The position numbers and the translations under genes were made by a program. Positions 1-9,558 of a stretch of DNA of 64,000 bases are shown piece after piece. The first letter of the stretch is position 1, and each line of letters starts with the position of its first letter. The stretch spans positions 1 to 64,000 of IMG/VR virus record IMGVR_UViG_3300027741_000027. One strand, 5' to 3'. The DNA is from a virus. The notes beneath the pieces are model-generated. The model saw nothing but the letters and a program-made list of their open reading frames with translations, was not told where the DNA came from and made no database searches.

Positions 1-2
1 AG

Positions 3-704
3 GGTTTTCTTGAAGAAATTAGTCGAATGTTGACTGATAAAGCAGTGGAGGAAAAACCTAGCCTGCCTTGGTTTAATAAAAATGTGTTAAAGCAATGGGA
101 GGGGCAAGATCATGAGTGGTTTACCGAAAGAGGTATTACCGACGATGTTCGACTTGAATATCATTTGGGTGTAAATACCAAAACAGTAAGATCAAATAAA
201 GATCAAACTTTTGAATCTACATCTATTGTTTTGCCGCATTTTTGGCAAGGCAAATTGGTAGGTTGGCAAAATCGTTGGATTGGCGAGCGCCCTAAGTGGG
301 TACCTAAATACACTAATACTGGCGACTTTCCCAAGAAGCCGACTATCTATGGGTTTGATCAAGTCGCTAATGCAAATCAACCGATTGTGGTTGTAGAATC
401 AGTGCCTACAGTGCTCTATCTAGCCTCTTTGGGCATTCCCGCAATTGCCACGTTTGGCGCAACAGTAAGCAAAGAGCAAATCAAAATTTTAAGGGGTTTT
501 CAACAAGGAATTATTCTTGCTAGAGACAATGATGACGCCGGTTGGAAATGGCACGACGACCTTATTGCAAACTTAGAAAGATATATTCCGGTAATGGAAA
601 TGGAAGTAGTTTGGGAGGATGACATTGGAGAAACAAAGATGGTTGAAAACCCAGATATAGCAATTTGGCTTTATAATAACCCTGTTTATTCTAATGTTCT
701 CTAG
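3..704 (+). CDS. DNA primase (DnaG-like Toprim), 5'-truncated by the window edge
   Basis: Frame is open from base 3. Toprim motifs VVVES and ARDNDDAG; PKYTNT..FPKKPTIYG segment typical of phage/bacterial primases. Confidence 0.85.
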   Translation, partial: GFLEEISRMLTDKAVEEKPSLPWFNKNVLKQWEGQDHEWFTERGITDDVRLEYHLGVNTKTVRSNKDQTFESTSIVLPHFWQGKLVGWQNRWIGERPKWVPKYTNTGDFPKKPTIYGFDQVANANQPIVVVESVPTVLYLASLGIPAIATFGATVSKEQIKILRGFQQGIILARDNDDAGWKWHDDLIANLERYIPVMEMEVVWEDDIGETKMVENPDIAIWLYNNPVYSNVL

Positions 705-717
705 GATAATATGTACA

Positions 718-882
718 ATGCGTAAATATACAGGCACTGAAAAGACAGAAGTTTTATCCCCAGAAAATCATAAAGTGATTTCTGCTACACTTCGGCGTGT
801 AGGTAAAACATCTATGCAGCAACTTTCAGATGCAGAAAAACTTTCTTTGTCAGACTCACTTGAATCTGACAAAGAAGTATGA
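718..882 (+). CDS. Small hypothetical protein (54 aa)
   Basis: ATG 718 follows TAGGA; fills the gap between primase and SSB. Confidence 0.5.
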   Translation: MRKYTGTEKTEVLSPENHKVISATLRRVGKTSMQQLSDAEKLSLSDSLESDKEV

Positions 883-888
883 TATATT
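860..888 (+). promoter_or_regulatory. Sigma70-like promoter upstream of the SSB/polymerase operon
   Basis: TTGAAT (860-865), 17-nt spacer ending TGA (extended -10), TATATT (883-888). Confidence 0.5.
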
Positions 889-942
889 TACAATTGTAAT
901 TGGCAAAGAGCCTCATTGTAGGCCATACACAAAGGAAATAAT

Positions 943-1941
943 ATGCCGAATTATCAGCCCCGCAGGGGCCTTGGTGCAGTAGAGCAGGCAGCCCAACGCA
1001 AGGGTGGAACAAAGCTTAGGGGTTTTGCCCCCGAGATCCGCTGGCGCGAAGATGGCGAAAAGAAGTACATTTTGGTTCTCTCTAGCTTTGATGGAGACGA
1101 TCCTAATGGCGTAGTTGTTGCAGATCTGCATGAGTTTATTCCTGTAGGAACCGCAGAGAAGGCAAACGGTGAAACATACACTAAGTATGAATCATTTGTA
1201 TCCCGCAAGGATCCCCTTGCAGGAAGTGAAAGCTATGATGATCTTGAGGATCGTCTTGGCAATAAGCCTCGTACTCGCTGCATTGGTGTAGCTCTTGAAC
1301 TTGAACCTGAGTTTGAGACAATTAATGGTCGTAAGAAGCCCGTAAGGTTTTCTGTTAAGACAGATAGCTTTACTCGTAAAACTGATGATGGAACTGAAGA
1401 AGTTGGTCAGCCCCTTATTGGTCTAATTGCACAGTCGGCAGCCCTTATGTGGTCGCCGCTTGGTTCAATTGATGAGTCACAGGGACCGCTATGCGATCTC
1501 CCGCTTGAAGTTGTTCGTATTGGTAAGGACGTAAATTCTCGCTACAACTTTGTTCAGTTCCCAAATATGGAAGTTGATCTATCAGGACTTTTTAATAATC
1601 TTGATGGAATCACTTACATTTCAGATGAACTTGATGAGGTCAAGGGCGAGCTTGTTGCCAAGGGCGATATTGAGGCAGCACAGCTTGTGGGGCAGATTCT
1701 TATGGATAAGCGCCTTAATGAGCTTTCAGATAAAGCTCGTTATGAAGAGCTTGTAGGACCCATTGAGCATATTGAGCAGCGTTTTGGTGGCGGAGGCCGT
1801 AAGCCTAATAAGCCTAAGGTCGCTGCCGTTGTTGGTAAGCCCGCTCCCATTTCTACTACCTCTGGTGTAGAAGCGAGCCGCGAAGCGTTTGATCGTCTTC
1901 GCAAGAATATGGCTGCTAGCAACGCCAATGGCAATTCATAA
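943..1941 (+). CDS. Probable phage single-stranded DNA-binding protein
   Basis: 332 aa, AAGGA RBS, sits between primase and polymerase, flexible G/K/P-rich C-terminal tail. Function inferred from context. Confidence 0.55.
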   Translation: MPNYQPRRGLGAVEQAAQRKGGTKLRGFAPEIRWREDGEKKYILVLSSFDGDDPNGVVVADLHEFIPVGTAEKANGETYTKYESFVSRKDPLAGSESYDDLEDRLGNKPRTRCIGVALELEPEFETINGRKKPVRFSVKTDSFTRKTDDGTEEVGQPLIGLIAQSAALMWSPLGSIDESQGPLCDLPLEVVRIGKDVNSRYNFVQFPNMEVDLSGLFNNLDGITYISDELDEVKGELVAKGDIEAAQLVGQILMDKRLNELSDKARYEELVGPIEHIEQRFGGGGRKPNKPKVAAVVGKPAPISTTSGVEASREAFDRLRKNMAASNANGNS

Positions 1942-1960
1942 ATCGAATCTCCTTTTTGCC

Positions 1961-2188
1961 ATGGATCGCATCGATGATTTCGGTGCGGTCCATGCTAAGG
2001 AAGATTTAGAGAATAAACTTGATGCTCTAGAGATTATGCTAGAGTCAATTGGTCTTGACGATTCTTCCGTACCATCAATGATGGATTGGATTCAAAGGAA
2101 GCATGGTCACGGCCAAGAAGGTGGTTTTATTTTAGGAGTCATTATTGGTATAATGGCTCATGAACATATGATTGAAGAAAATAACTAA
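1961..2188 (+). CDS. Hypothetical protein (75 aa)
   Basis: ORF 1889..2188; first ATG after the SSB stop is at 1961. Confidence 0.6.
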   Translation: MDRIDDFGAVHAKEDLENKLDALEIMLESIGLDDSSVPSMMDWIQRKHGHGQEGGFILGVIIGIMAHEHMIEENN

Positions 2189-2236
2189 CATGAATTTTAA
2201 CCGTGTCGTAAGTGACACTAAGGAGGTGGTGGGGGA

Positions 2237-5200
2237 ATGAACTTTGCACCGATTCATAATCATAGCGAGTATTCCGCACTCTGACGGTCTAGCTACAGCT
2301 AGAGAAATTGCAATTCGATGCAAAGACATTGGATGCAATTGTTGCGGCATTACAGATCACGGCACAGTAAGTGGTCATCTTGAGTTTGCAAAGACAATGG
2401 CCGAGTTTGATATCAAGCCCGTCTTTGGTTGCGAGCTTTATCATGGTGTTAAAACAGAGTTTGGAAAGCATGAACGCGATCAGTCGCACTTTATTGCTGG
2501 TGCGATGACTGATGAAGGTTTGCGTAACCTGTGGCGACTAGTTGATGACGCATCAACTAATTATAGATTTGTTGGTCGTGTCAATTGGGATATGCTTAAG
2601 CATCGCAGCGAGGGTCTTTTTGCAACCTCTGCTTGTATTCAAGGATTGATTGCTCAGGGCATTATGCACAGCGATCCTTATGAACCGCTTAACAAATACC
2701 TTGATATTTTTGGCGATAATTTTTACATTGAGATTCATACTTATCCCGGCGATGAGCATATGGCCCTTAATACTATTCTTGTTAGTCTTGCGCAGGAAAG
2801 AGGCATTCCGCTTATTTATGCAACGGACGCTCACTTTGCTAGTCCAGATCAGTATGAACTTCATGATGCGTTTGTTGCTATGCAAACTGGCGAGAGTGTT
2901 TACATGCCGACAGAAGATCGTAAGATGTGGCATCCAAAGAGTCTTTACATTCAAGATGAAGCTCAAATTCGTGCATCCTTGTCATATCTTCCCGAGTCAG
3001 TCGTAGATGAGGCGCTTAGAAACTCACAGGAGCTTGCTGACAAATGCAACGCTCAACTACCAGAGGTAAAGCGTCATCTGCCTACATTTATTCCTAAGGA
3101 CTGTCCATGGACTCAGGATGAAGGGTCAGCAGCAGAGTTGTTCTTTGATCTTGTTGAAGAAGGTCTTGAACGTCGTTACGGAGTAGATGCACCAACAGAG
3201 GTTTGGGAAAGGGCTAGCCGTGAAATGGAGGTATTCATTGACGCGGGCCTTGAGCATTATTTCCTACAAGCGTGGGATTTCTGCGAGTTTTGTAATAAGA
3301 ATAACATTAAACGTGGCCCCGGTCGTGGTTCTGCCGCAGGCGCGATTGTGTCATATGCACTTGGCATTACAGACATTGATCCGCTTAAGTATGGATTGAT
3401 CTTTGAACGGTTTTATAATCCCGGTCGTGAAGATGGCTACCCCGATATTGATAATGACTTTCCTGTTGCCGACCGTAAGCGCGTTGGTCAATACCTTATG
3501 GATCGTTGGGGCGGAGAGAACGTAAGAACAATTGGTACGATTACTAGACTTAAACCAAAGGCTGCACTTGATCGCACTTACAAGGCTTGTAACATTTCTT
3601 ATGAAGAAAAAGAAGACCTTAAGAAAATCGTGGACAAGGTTCCAGACATCGACATCCTTGGATCTGATTCAATTGGTTGGTCAGAAGATGTTGATCCCGG
3701 CAAGACCGTTTATGTTATGGATCATGTCGGTGACGAAGTGCTTGCATGGGCAGATAATGATCGCCGTCGTTATTGGCTTGACATTGTTGAAACAATTACA
3801 TCTCGTATCTCAGGGTATGGCGTTCATCCATCTGGCGTAGTCGTATCTGATGTTGCACTTAATGATGAACTTCCTTGTATGTGGAATGCAAAGCAAGAAG
3901 TGCAGGTCACTTGCTTCCCAATGACAGACGTTGATAAAAGAATGTTTGTTAAACAGGATCTGCTTGGCCTTCGTAACCTTGACACTTTGCAGGAGTGGGA
4001 GAATGAATCCGGTAACGTGATTGATTGGTCTAACCTTGATGATGGCCCAGAGGAAATGTGGGAAATGCTTGATCAGGGTTTGACTCTAGGTGTATTCCAA
4101 ATTGAAAATGGATACGCTCGTCAATTGTGCAAGGGATTCAAGCCACGCTCAATTGAAGATCTTGGAATTATCGTGTCACTTAACCGTCCCGGCCCTATTC
4201 GCTCCGGTGCGCCTGATTCATTCATTCGTCGTCGTAATGGCGAAGAGGAAGTGGCATACGATCATCCGATTCTTGAAGATATCCTTGAACCTACCTATGG
4301 TTGGTTTTTGTATCAGGAGCAGGTAATTGCTTTCTTTAACAAACTTGGGTATTCGCTTTCTGAGTCTGATGCCGTTCGTAAGATTCTTGGTAAGAAGAAG
4401 CCAGAGCAGATGCTTGCGCTATACAACGGCGAAGGCGAGTGGAAGGATCGCGGATTTGTAAAGGTTGCGCTTGAGAGTGGAGTTGATCAAATTGCGCTAG
4501 ACGTTATTTGGAACAAGTTAGAGGATTTTGCTAAATATTCATTTAACAAGTCTCATGCTATTGCTTACGCCGTTATTGCATTCAGGACGCTGTACGCTAA
4601 ATACACCGCCCCAGCGGAGTTCTTGATGGCTTGCATCCGAACTAACTCAGATGCCGCCGGAAATTACGTTGCAGAGGGTCGCAGAATGGGTATCAATGTG
4701 ATGCCTCCAGATATTCTTAAATCTGAAGCAACAATTGCGGTCATTGACGATCAGATTCTCTTTGGATTCTCTGATGTTAATGGTGTTGGCGCTGGTGCTG
4801 CAAACAAGATTGTAGAGCTTAGGCAAAAGTATGATATTTCGTCTCCTGAAAAGTTGTCAGAGGCTATTAGCCATGAACAGGATCTTTGGGAATGGGCAAA
4901 GCAGGAAGCAAAGAAGAAGGGCGAGCCATTTAAAACAAGGTCGCCTAAACAAACAATCATGTCTAACAGGTTGCCCACCCTTTACGATGCTGGCGCATGG
5001 GATAATTATGAAGATAGAGATATCCTTTTGTCAGAGAAACAAAGGTTAGAGCGTCAATTGTTGGGAGTGATCCTTACGGATGAAAGTCATGAGATTTTGC
5101 AAGCGCATCAAGAAATCATTGACGAATGCGATAGCTATGCAGATCTTGAATACAGTCAAGAAGATGAAAGCGTAACTATTCCCGGTACAATCACAAGTGT

Positions 5201-5405
5201 AGTTGAGAAATTGACAAAGAAGGATAGTAAGCCAATGGGAATTATTACCATTGAGTATCAAGGAGATGCGGTAGAATTTGTTATCTTTCCAAACGATTGG
5301 AGTAGGTACAAGTTTATGCGCAAGGAAATGACGGTTGGCGTATTTAACTTGACAAAAACCGCCAGAGGTGTTAAATTTAATAATGCAGAACTTCTAAGGA
5401 AATAA
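2237..5405 (+). CDS. dnaE: DNA polymerase III alpha subunit (DnaE-type); N-terminal 15 codons lie in a different frame (+1 shift at 2279-2285)
   Basis: AAGGAGGT RBS then ATG 2237 MNFAPIHNHSEYSAL, TGA; the +1 frame continues DGLATA. GITDHG, FGCELY, GRGSAAG, YPDIDNDF, KQDLLGLRNL, YSFNKSHA motifs and a C-terminal OB fold. Confidence 0.95.
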
Positions 5406-6485
5406 ATGACAGAAAATACTAAAAAAGCACAAGATCTAGCAGCAAGCCTTCAAAAGAAATACGGAGAAAAAGCTGGATCAATTGGAAGTACCAAGTGGCC
5501 CCTTGATGTAATCCCAACTGGTTCATTGAGCCTTGATTACTCTCTTGGAGTAGGAGGGTGGCCAGTAGGTCATCTCATCGAAGTATTTGGTCCGCCGGAT
5601 ATTGGCAAGTCGTCAGTGATTGGTCTTAATGCTATTGCCAATGCACAAAAGATGGGCAAGTTTTGTGCCATCGTTGCTGTAGAACCCGGATTTGATGAAG
5701 AGTGGGCAAGGAAGCACGGAGTCAATACAGACGACCTTGCTATTGCTCGTCCTGATAATGGGCAAGATGCATTCAATATGCTCGCTCAAATTGTAAATAC
5801 ACCCGGAGTAGGATTTGTTCTTTTTGATTCAGTAGGCGCATTGCTTCGTGAGTCAGAGGCAGAGATTGATGGCAAACCCGCTCAGGGTGGTCGCTCTGGT
5901 CTTATCACTTGGGGTGTACATAATGTTCTTCAACCAGCATGGAAGAACAACGTATCGATCATGTTTATTAATCAAATCAGAGACAAGATGAATTCTCGTA
6001 TGCCGGGTGTTGTTGATTCTCCCGGCGGTCACGCTCTAAAACACACTTGCAGCATTCGTGTTCAACTTAAGGCTGCCGAGTATTATCGTGAAAAGATTGG
6101 CAAAGAAGATGTAGAAGTCGGTCATAGGCTTAAGGCCACTATTCTTCGTAACAAGTTCAGCGAAGGGTCAAGGCGTACAGCAGAGTTTGATTACTACAAG
6201 ATGACTACGCCAATTCATGAAGTTGGTATTGATAAGGGCGCAGACATTATTGATGTGGCTACTAGGCTTGGTTGTATTCAACCAGCAGGCGCTTGGTATA
6301 GGCACCCTTCATTTCCCGGAGAGAAGAATCAGATTCAAGGCAAAGCTGCCGTTGGTGAGTTTGTCATGAATAACCCTAAGATCCAAGAGCAGTTGCGTCA
6401 AGAAGTACTTGAAGCAATGATTAAGGAAACTGGGCCAATCGACAATGTAAAGCCAGCAGAAGGCGCTATCGAAGATGGCTCGTAA
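5406..6485 (+). CDS. recA: RecA-like recombinase
   Basis: IPTGSLSLDYSLGVGG, Walker A GPPDIGKS, LFDSVGAL, FINQIRDK, PGGHALK. Confidence 0.93.
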   Translation: MTENTKKAQDLAASLQKKYGEKAGSIGSTKWPLDVIPTGSLSLDYSLGVGGWPVGHLIEVFGPPDIGKSSVIGLNAIANAQKMGKFCAIVAVEPGFDEEWARKHGVNTDDLAIARPDNGQDAFNMLAQIVNTPGVGFVLFDSVGALLRESEAEIDGKPAQGGRSGLITWGVHNVLQPAWKNNVSIMFINQIRDKMNSRMPGVVDSPGGHALKHTCSIRVQLKAAEYYREKIGKEDVEVGHRLKATILRNKFSEGSRRTAEFDYYKMTTPIHEVGIDKGADIIDVATRLGCIQPAGAWYRHPSFPGEKNQIQGKAAVGEFVMNNPKIQEQLRQEVLEAMIKETGPIDNVKPAEGAIEDGS

Positions 6486-6843
6486 AGGAACTAATAAAGC
6501 AAGGTCAGTAGAACATGAAGAGTTTATTGCAAAGTGTTATCAGGGTCGTAGATCCCCAAGTTCAGGTGCAGCGGATCATGATGCTGGCGATGTCAAGGTC
6601 GGCAGCGCTAGAGTTGGCGGTGTACTCTTTGAGTGCAAGACAACTGGGGATGCTGAGAAACCTGCCAAAACAACACTAGTAACTAGGATGGAAAAGATTG
6701 CAGACGAAGCTTGGGCGGCAGGTTTAGAACCAGCCCTTGCTCTTCGTTTTTATAAACCAGACTCACGACTAGCAGACAGTAAAGGATTTATTGATCTGGT
6801 AGTTCGTAGGGTCGCTGATGATACGGAATCATATGGCAATTAA
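6475..6843 (+). CDS. Hjc-like PD-(D/E)xK Holliday junction resolvase
   Basis: RRSPSSGA...GDV...LFECKT motif, 122 aa. Confidence 0.7.
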   Translation: MARKGTNKARSVEHEEFIAKCYQGRRSPSSGAADHDAGDVKVGSARVGGVLFECKTTGDAEKPAKTTLVTRMEKIADEAWAAGLEPALALRFYKPDSRLADSKGFIDLVVRRVADDTESYGN

Positions 6844-7576
6844 ACTTACAAAACACAGCATGGCTCGTAAGCTTGTTACTAAGACAAAGCTTGCAGTTCA
6901 CCTTGATCGCATTATTGAACAAAAGGGCGATTTTGAATGGACGTACAATTATGAATCAAAGAAAGGTGATAATGCTTGGCATCCATCTGGAGATTGCACA
7001 TTAAGCCCTAGAGAGCTGTTTGATAAGGCTACTGGAGCAACTGAGCGCGATCCTATTGGTGCAGGTCTTAGAAAGACTTTTCAAGTTGGTCACTTTTGGC
7101 ATGGTTATCTACAAGAGATTGTAGTTAATCAACTTGGGTACGCCGATGCAGATGCAATTGAACGCCCCGGTCAAAAGGTTTGGGCGGAAGAGAACGGCAA
7201 ACCAAAGGCTTATCACTGGTGCAGAGGATCTGCTGATGTTGCTCCAATTAGCATCCCCGGTCAAGGCGAGTTTCTTGTTGACTTTAAGACAATGGGTAGC
7301 TTTGATTTTAAGCGTTCAACATTGCCAGATTGGTCAGCAGCTAAGTATGAATCTCAAATGAATATCTATATGGACTTCTTTGATCTTGAACAGACGATTG
7401 TTCTTTGTATCAACAAGGATTCTCCACATGAGTTTAAAGAATTCATTTTTAATCGAAACCAACCGTTAATTGATACCATTTATGAAAAGTGGCATTACGT
7501 CAGTGATTGTTTGGATAGTGGAAATATTCCGGATCCATCTGAGAATTGGGAACTTCCCATTAGAGGGTCTTTGTGA
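6833..7576 (+). CDS. Cas4-like/RecB-family PD-(D/E)xK exonuclease
   Basis: HPSGDC, GHFWHGYLQ, GSAD, LVDFKT, QMNIYM. ATG 6833 overlaps the upstream stop region. Confidence 0.75.
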   Translation: MAIKLTKHSMARKLVTKTKLAVHLDRIIEQKGDFEWTYNYESKKGDNAWHPSGDCTLSPRELFDKATGATERDPIGAGLRKTFQVGHFWHGYLQEIVVNQLGYADADAIERPGQKVWAEENGKPKAYHWCRGSADVAPISIPGQGEFLVDFKTMGSFDFKRSTLPDWSAAKYESQMNIYMDFFDLEQTIVLCINKDSPHEFKEFIFNRNQPLIDTIYEKWHYVSDCLDSGNIPDPSENWELPIRGSL

Positions 7577-8118
7577 GAGTTTTAGCATTTGATCCCGGCG
7601 CTGATCGCATGGGATATGCTTTACTTGAAGCTGGACCCAAGGAAGTTTTTTCAGGGGATGAGTCTTTTCCAACATCTGGTATTAAAGGTGTTTTAAAAAA
7701 CGATGGAGAGACTTATCAAGATCACAAACTTAGGATTATTGAGTATTGGGCGCATACTGCGAATGATTTGATTAAATTATTTAAACCTGATATAATAGCT
7801 AATGAAATTGTTCCTCCAACCGGAGGAAACATTGGAAATCTTATTCACAGACAAAAAGCCATGACTGCAATTACTGCGGTGCAAGTGGTAGCCATTCAAA
7901 GTGGTATTGAAATCAAGCAAATTGCAGCATCAACAGTTAAAAAGAACATTGGCGGTAGTGGAAAGGCTACAAAAGTCGCTGTTAGAAACGGCGTCATTGA
8001 GCTTCTTCCGTCCACAGAACGGTTTAAACCAGAGTGGAAGAAAGTGTTCGATCATTGCGATGCATTCGCAGTTGGCCTTACAGCATTAGGATATAAAATT
8101 GAAAAAAGAACTAAGTGA
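7573..8118 (+). CDS. ruvC: RuvC-like Holliday junction resolvase
   Basis: VLAFDPG...GYAL, IIANE, KKNIGGSGKATK, DAFAVG. Confidence 0.82.
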   Translation: MRVLAFDPGADRMGYALLEAGPKEVFSGDESFPTSGIKGVLKNDGETYQDHKLRIIEYWAHTANDLIKLFKPDIIANEIVPPTGGNIGNLIHRQKAMTAITAVQVVAIQSGIEIKQIAASTVKKNIGGSGKATKVAVRNGVIELLPSTERFKPEWKKVFDHCDAFAVGLTALGYKIEKRTK

Positions 8119-8482
8119 ACCAATTCCAAAGCATCGGGTATTAAGAGAAGTATATAGACACTATTATACTTTTAAAGAATTATACGCAAGTCAAGGAACC
8201 CATGTCATTGAGCATTCGTACTGGGTGTACAATGATGATGGCACTAAGAGTAAAGAAACCATTAGCATTTCATTATGGGATTTAGACCACGGACTAGAAA
8301 CACTTTCTGCTCGTAAGCGTGAAGCTGTTTACTACAACGTCATTTTAGACAAGAAACAAAAGGATGTGGCTGACATCATGGGTATTACTACTGTTTCAGT
8401 TGGCCAATATGTAGAGCAAGCTATGATGCAATTAGCAGAAGAGTACTTTGCTGAGGAAAGAGTTGAAAATGGCGTGGCATAG
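8099..8482 (+). CDS. Sigma-factor region-4-like HTH protein
   Basis: LSARKREAV...KKQKDVADIMGITTVSVGQYVEQAMMQL. Confidence 0.7.
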   Translation: MKKELSEPIPKHRVLREVYRHYYTFKELYASQGTHVIEHSYWVYNDDGTKSKETISISLWDLDHGLETLSARKREAVYYNVILDKKQKDVADIMGITTVSVGQYVEQAMMQLAEEYFAEERVENGVA

Positions 8483-8945
8483 TCGATGGAATAATTACGA
8501 AGAGGGTCTTGAATACGAAGACAATCGTAAGTACACCAATACTCAACTTAATCAATTAGCCGATGATTTTCTTAGAGAAGACGCTAAGAATGAAATTTGT
8601 CGTGAATGCGAAGAGCAGGGCAAGGAGACAGGTAATTTTAATCCGACCTCTCAAAGTGTTGCAGACGAAGAGGGCAATGAGTTAATCATTGACTTTCCTG
8701 AGTTTGAATGCAAGAATGGTCACAAGTGGTATCAGGGCGAAGGCAAGGTCAAGGGAATCAAGGGCGATGCTCCAATCCTTTTTGAAGAGCATCTTCATCA
8801 AAGGCGTCGTAGAGAAATTTACACTACTATTGGAACGCCAGATCCGTCTATCGTTGCAGGAATTTACAATAGAACTCACCCAGATGGTCGTAAGGTTAAC
8901 AGTCCCGAACAACGTAAATCTAATGGAGCCTCATACTATCGCTAG
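8469..8945 (+). CDS. Hypothetical protein with possible Zn-ribbon cysteines
   Basis: ORF 8448..8945, likely ATG 8469; CREC and FECKNGH. Confidence 0.7.
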   Translation: MAWHSRWNNYEEGLEYEDNRKYTNTQLNQLADDFLREDAKNEICRECEEQGKETGNFNPTSQSVADEEGNELIIDFPEFECKNGHKWYQGEGKVKGIKGDAPILFEEHLHQRRRREIYTTIGTPDPSIVAGIYNRTHPDGRKVNSPEQRKSNGASYYR

Positions 8946-8964
8946 TGTTACGCGGTATTAAATT

Positions 8965-9558
8965 ATGCCTCAATTTAATAAACCACAATTTGATAACAAC
9001 AAGCCTGAAAAGGTTGTAGTTAAGACCCCTGTGCATCACAGAGATCCTAGATGTAATGTTTGCTCTAGTGATTTTTCTAAAGCCATTGATCGAATGATTG
9101 CGCTTGGCACTAGTTATTCTGAGATTAGTAGGATTTTTGATATTAATCGTCAATCTATTGGTCGTCATGCTAAGAACCATTTGAATTATGAAGAGGCTGC
9201 TATTCGCCAGATTATTGCTGCCGAAGCAGAAGAAGCTCAGGCTAATGTTGAAGAAGGCATTAATGGAGCTATTGCTAGGCGAGTATATATTGATGTAGCT
9301 ATTCAGAAAGGCTTTGAAGCTCTTCTCAATGGCGATGTTCCAGTTGAAGTTAAGGATGTTGCTACACTGATTCAGCTTAAGGAAAAGATGGACTCTGGCA
9401 CAGAAGGCGCAGCCCTTGATGAGATTAGAACTCAGTTCAATGCTTTCATGCAGGCTATTAGAGAAGTTGCTCCTCCAGAGATGTGGGAAAGGATTCTTGG
9501 TCGAACCAAAGAACTGTTGCAGACTCCGGGTTTGCCTGCTGCTAAACAAGAGCAATGA
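8965..9558 (+). CDS. Zn-finger/HTH protein, possibly terminase small subunit-like
   Basis: CNVC, then HTH (SYSEISRIFDINRQSIGRH), HxxxH and a helical C-terminus. Function is inference. Confidence 0.5.
   Translation: MPQFNKPQFDNNKPEKVVVKTPVHHRDPRCNVCSSDFSKAIDRMIALGTSYSEISRIFDINRQSIGRHAKNHLNYEEAAIRQIIAAEAEEAQANVEEGINGAIARRVYIDVAIQKGFEALLNGDVPVEVKDVATLIQLKEKMDSGTEGAALDEIRTQFNAFMQAIREVAPPEMWERILGRTKELLQTPGLPAAKQEQ

Noticed and set aside
2244-6485. Inteins or introns in dnaE or recA
   Set aside because: Lengths are normal and conserved motifs are contiguous; no splice or homing-endonuclease motifs seen.
6833-7576. Cas4-like gene as a sign of CRISPR-Cas
   Set aside because: No other cas genes or repeat-spacer array seen; stand-alone Cas4-like nucleases are common in phage recombination modules.
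8920-9555. 211-aa minus-strand ORF and other long antisense ORFs (e.g. 47546..48055 +, 2553..2966 -, 43878..44279 +)
   Set aside because: Fully shadow well-supported genes, with no RBS or motifs; treated as antisense artefacts.
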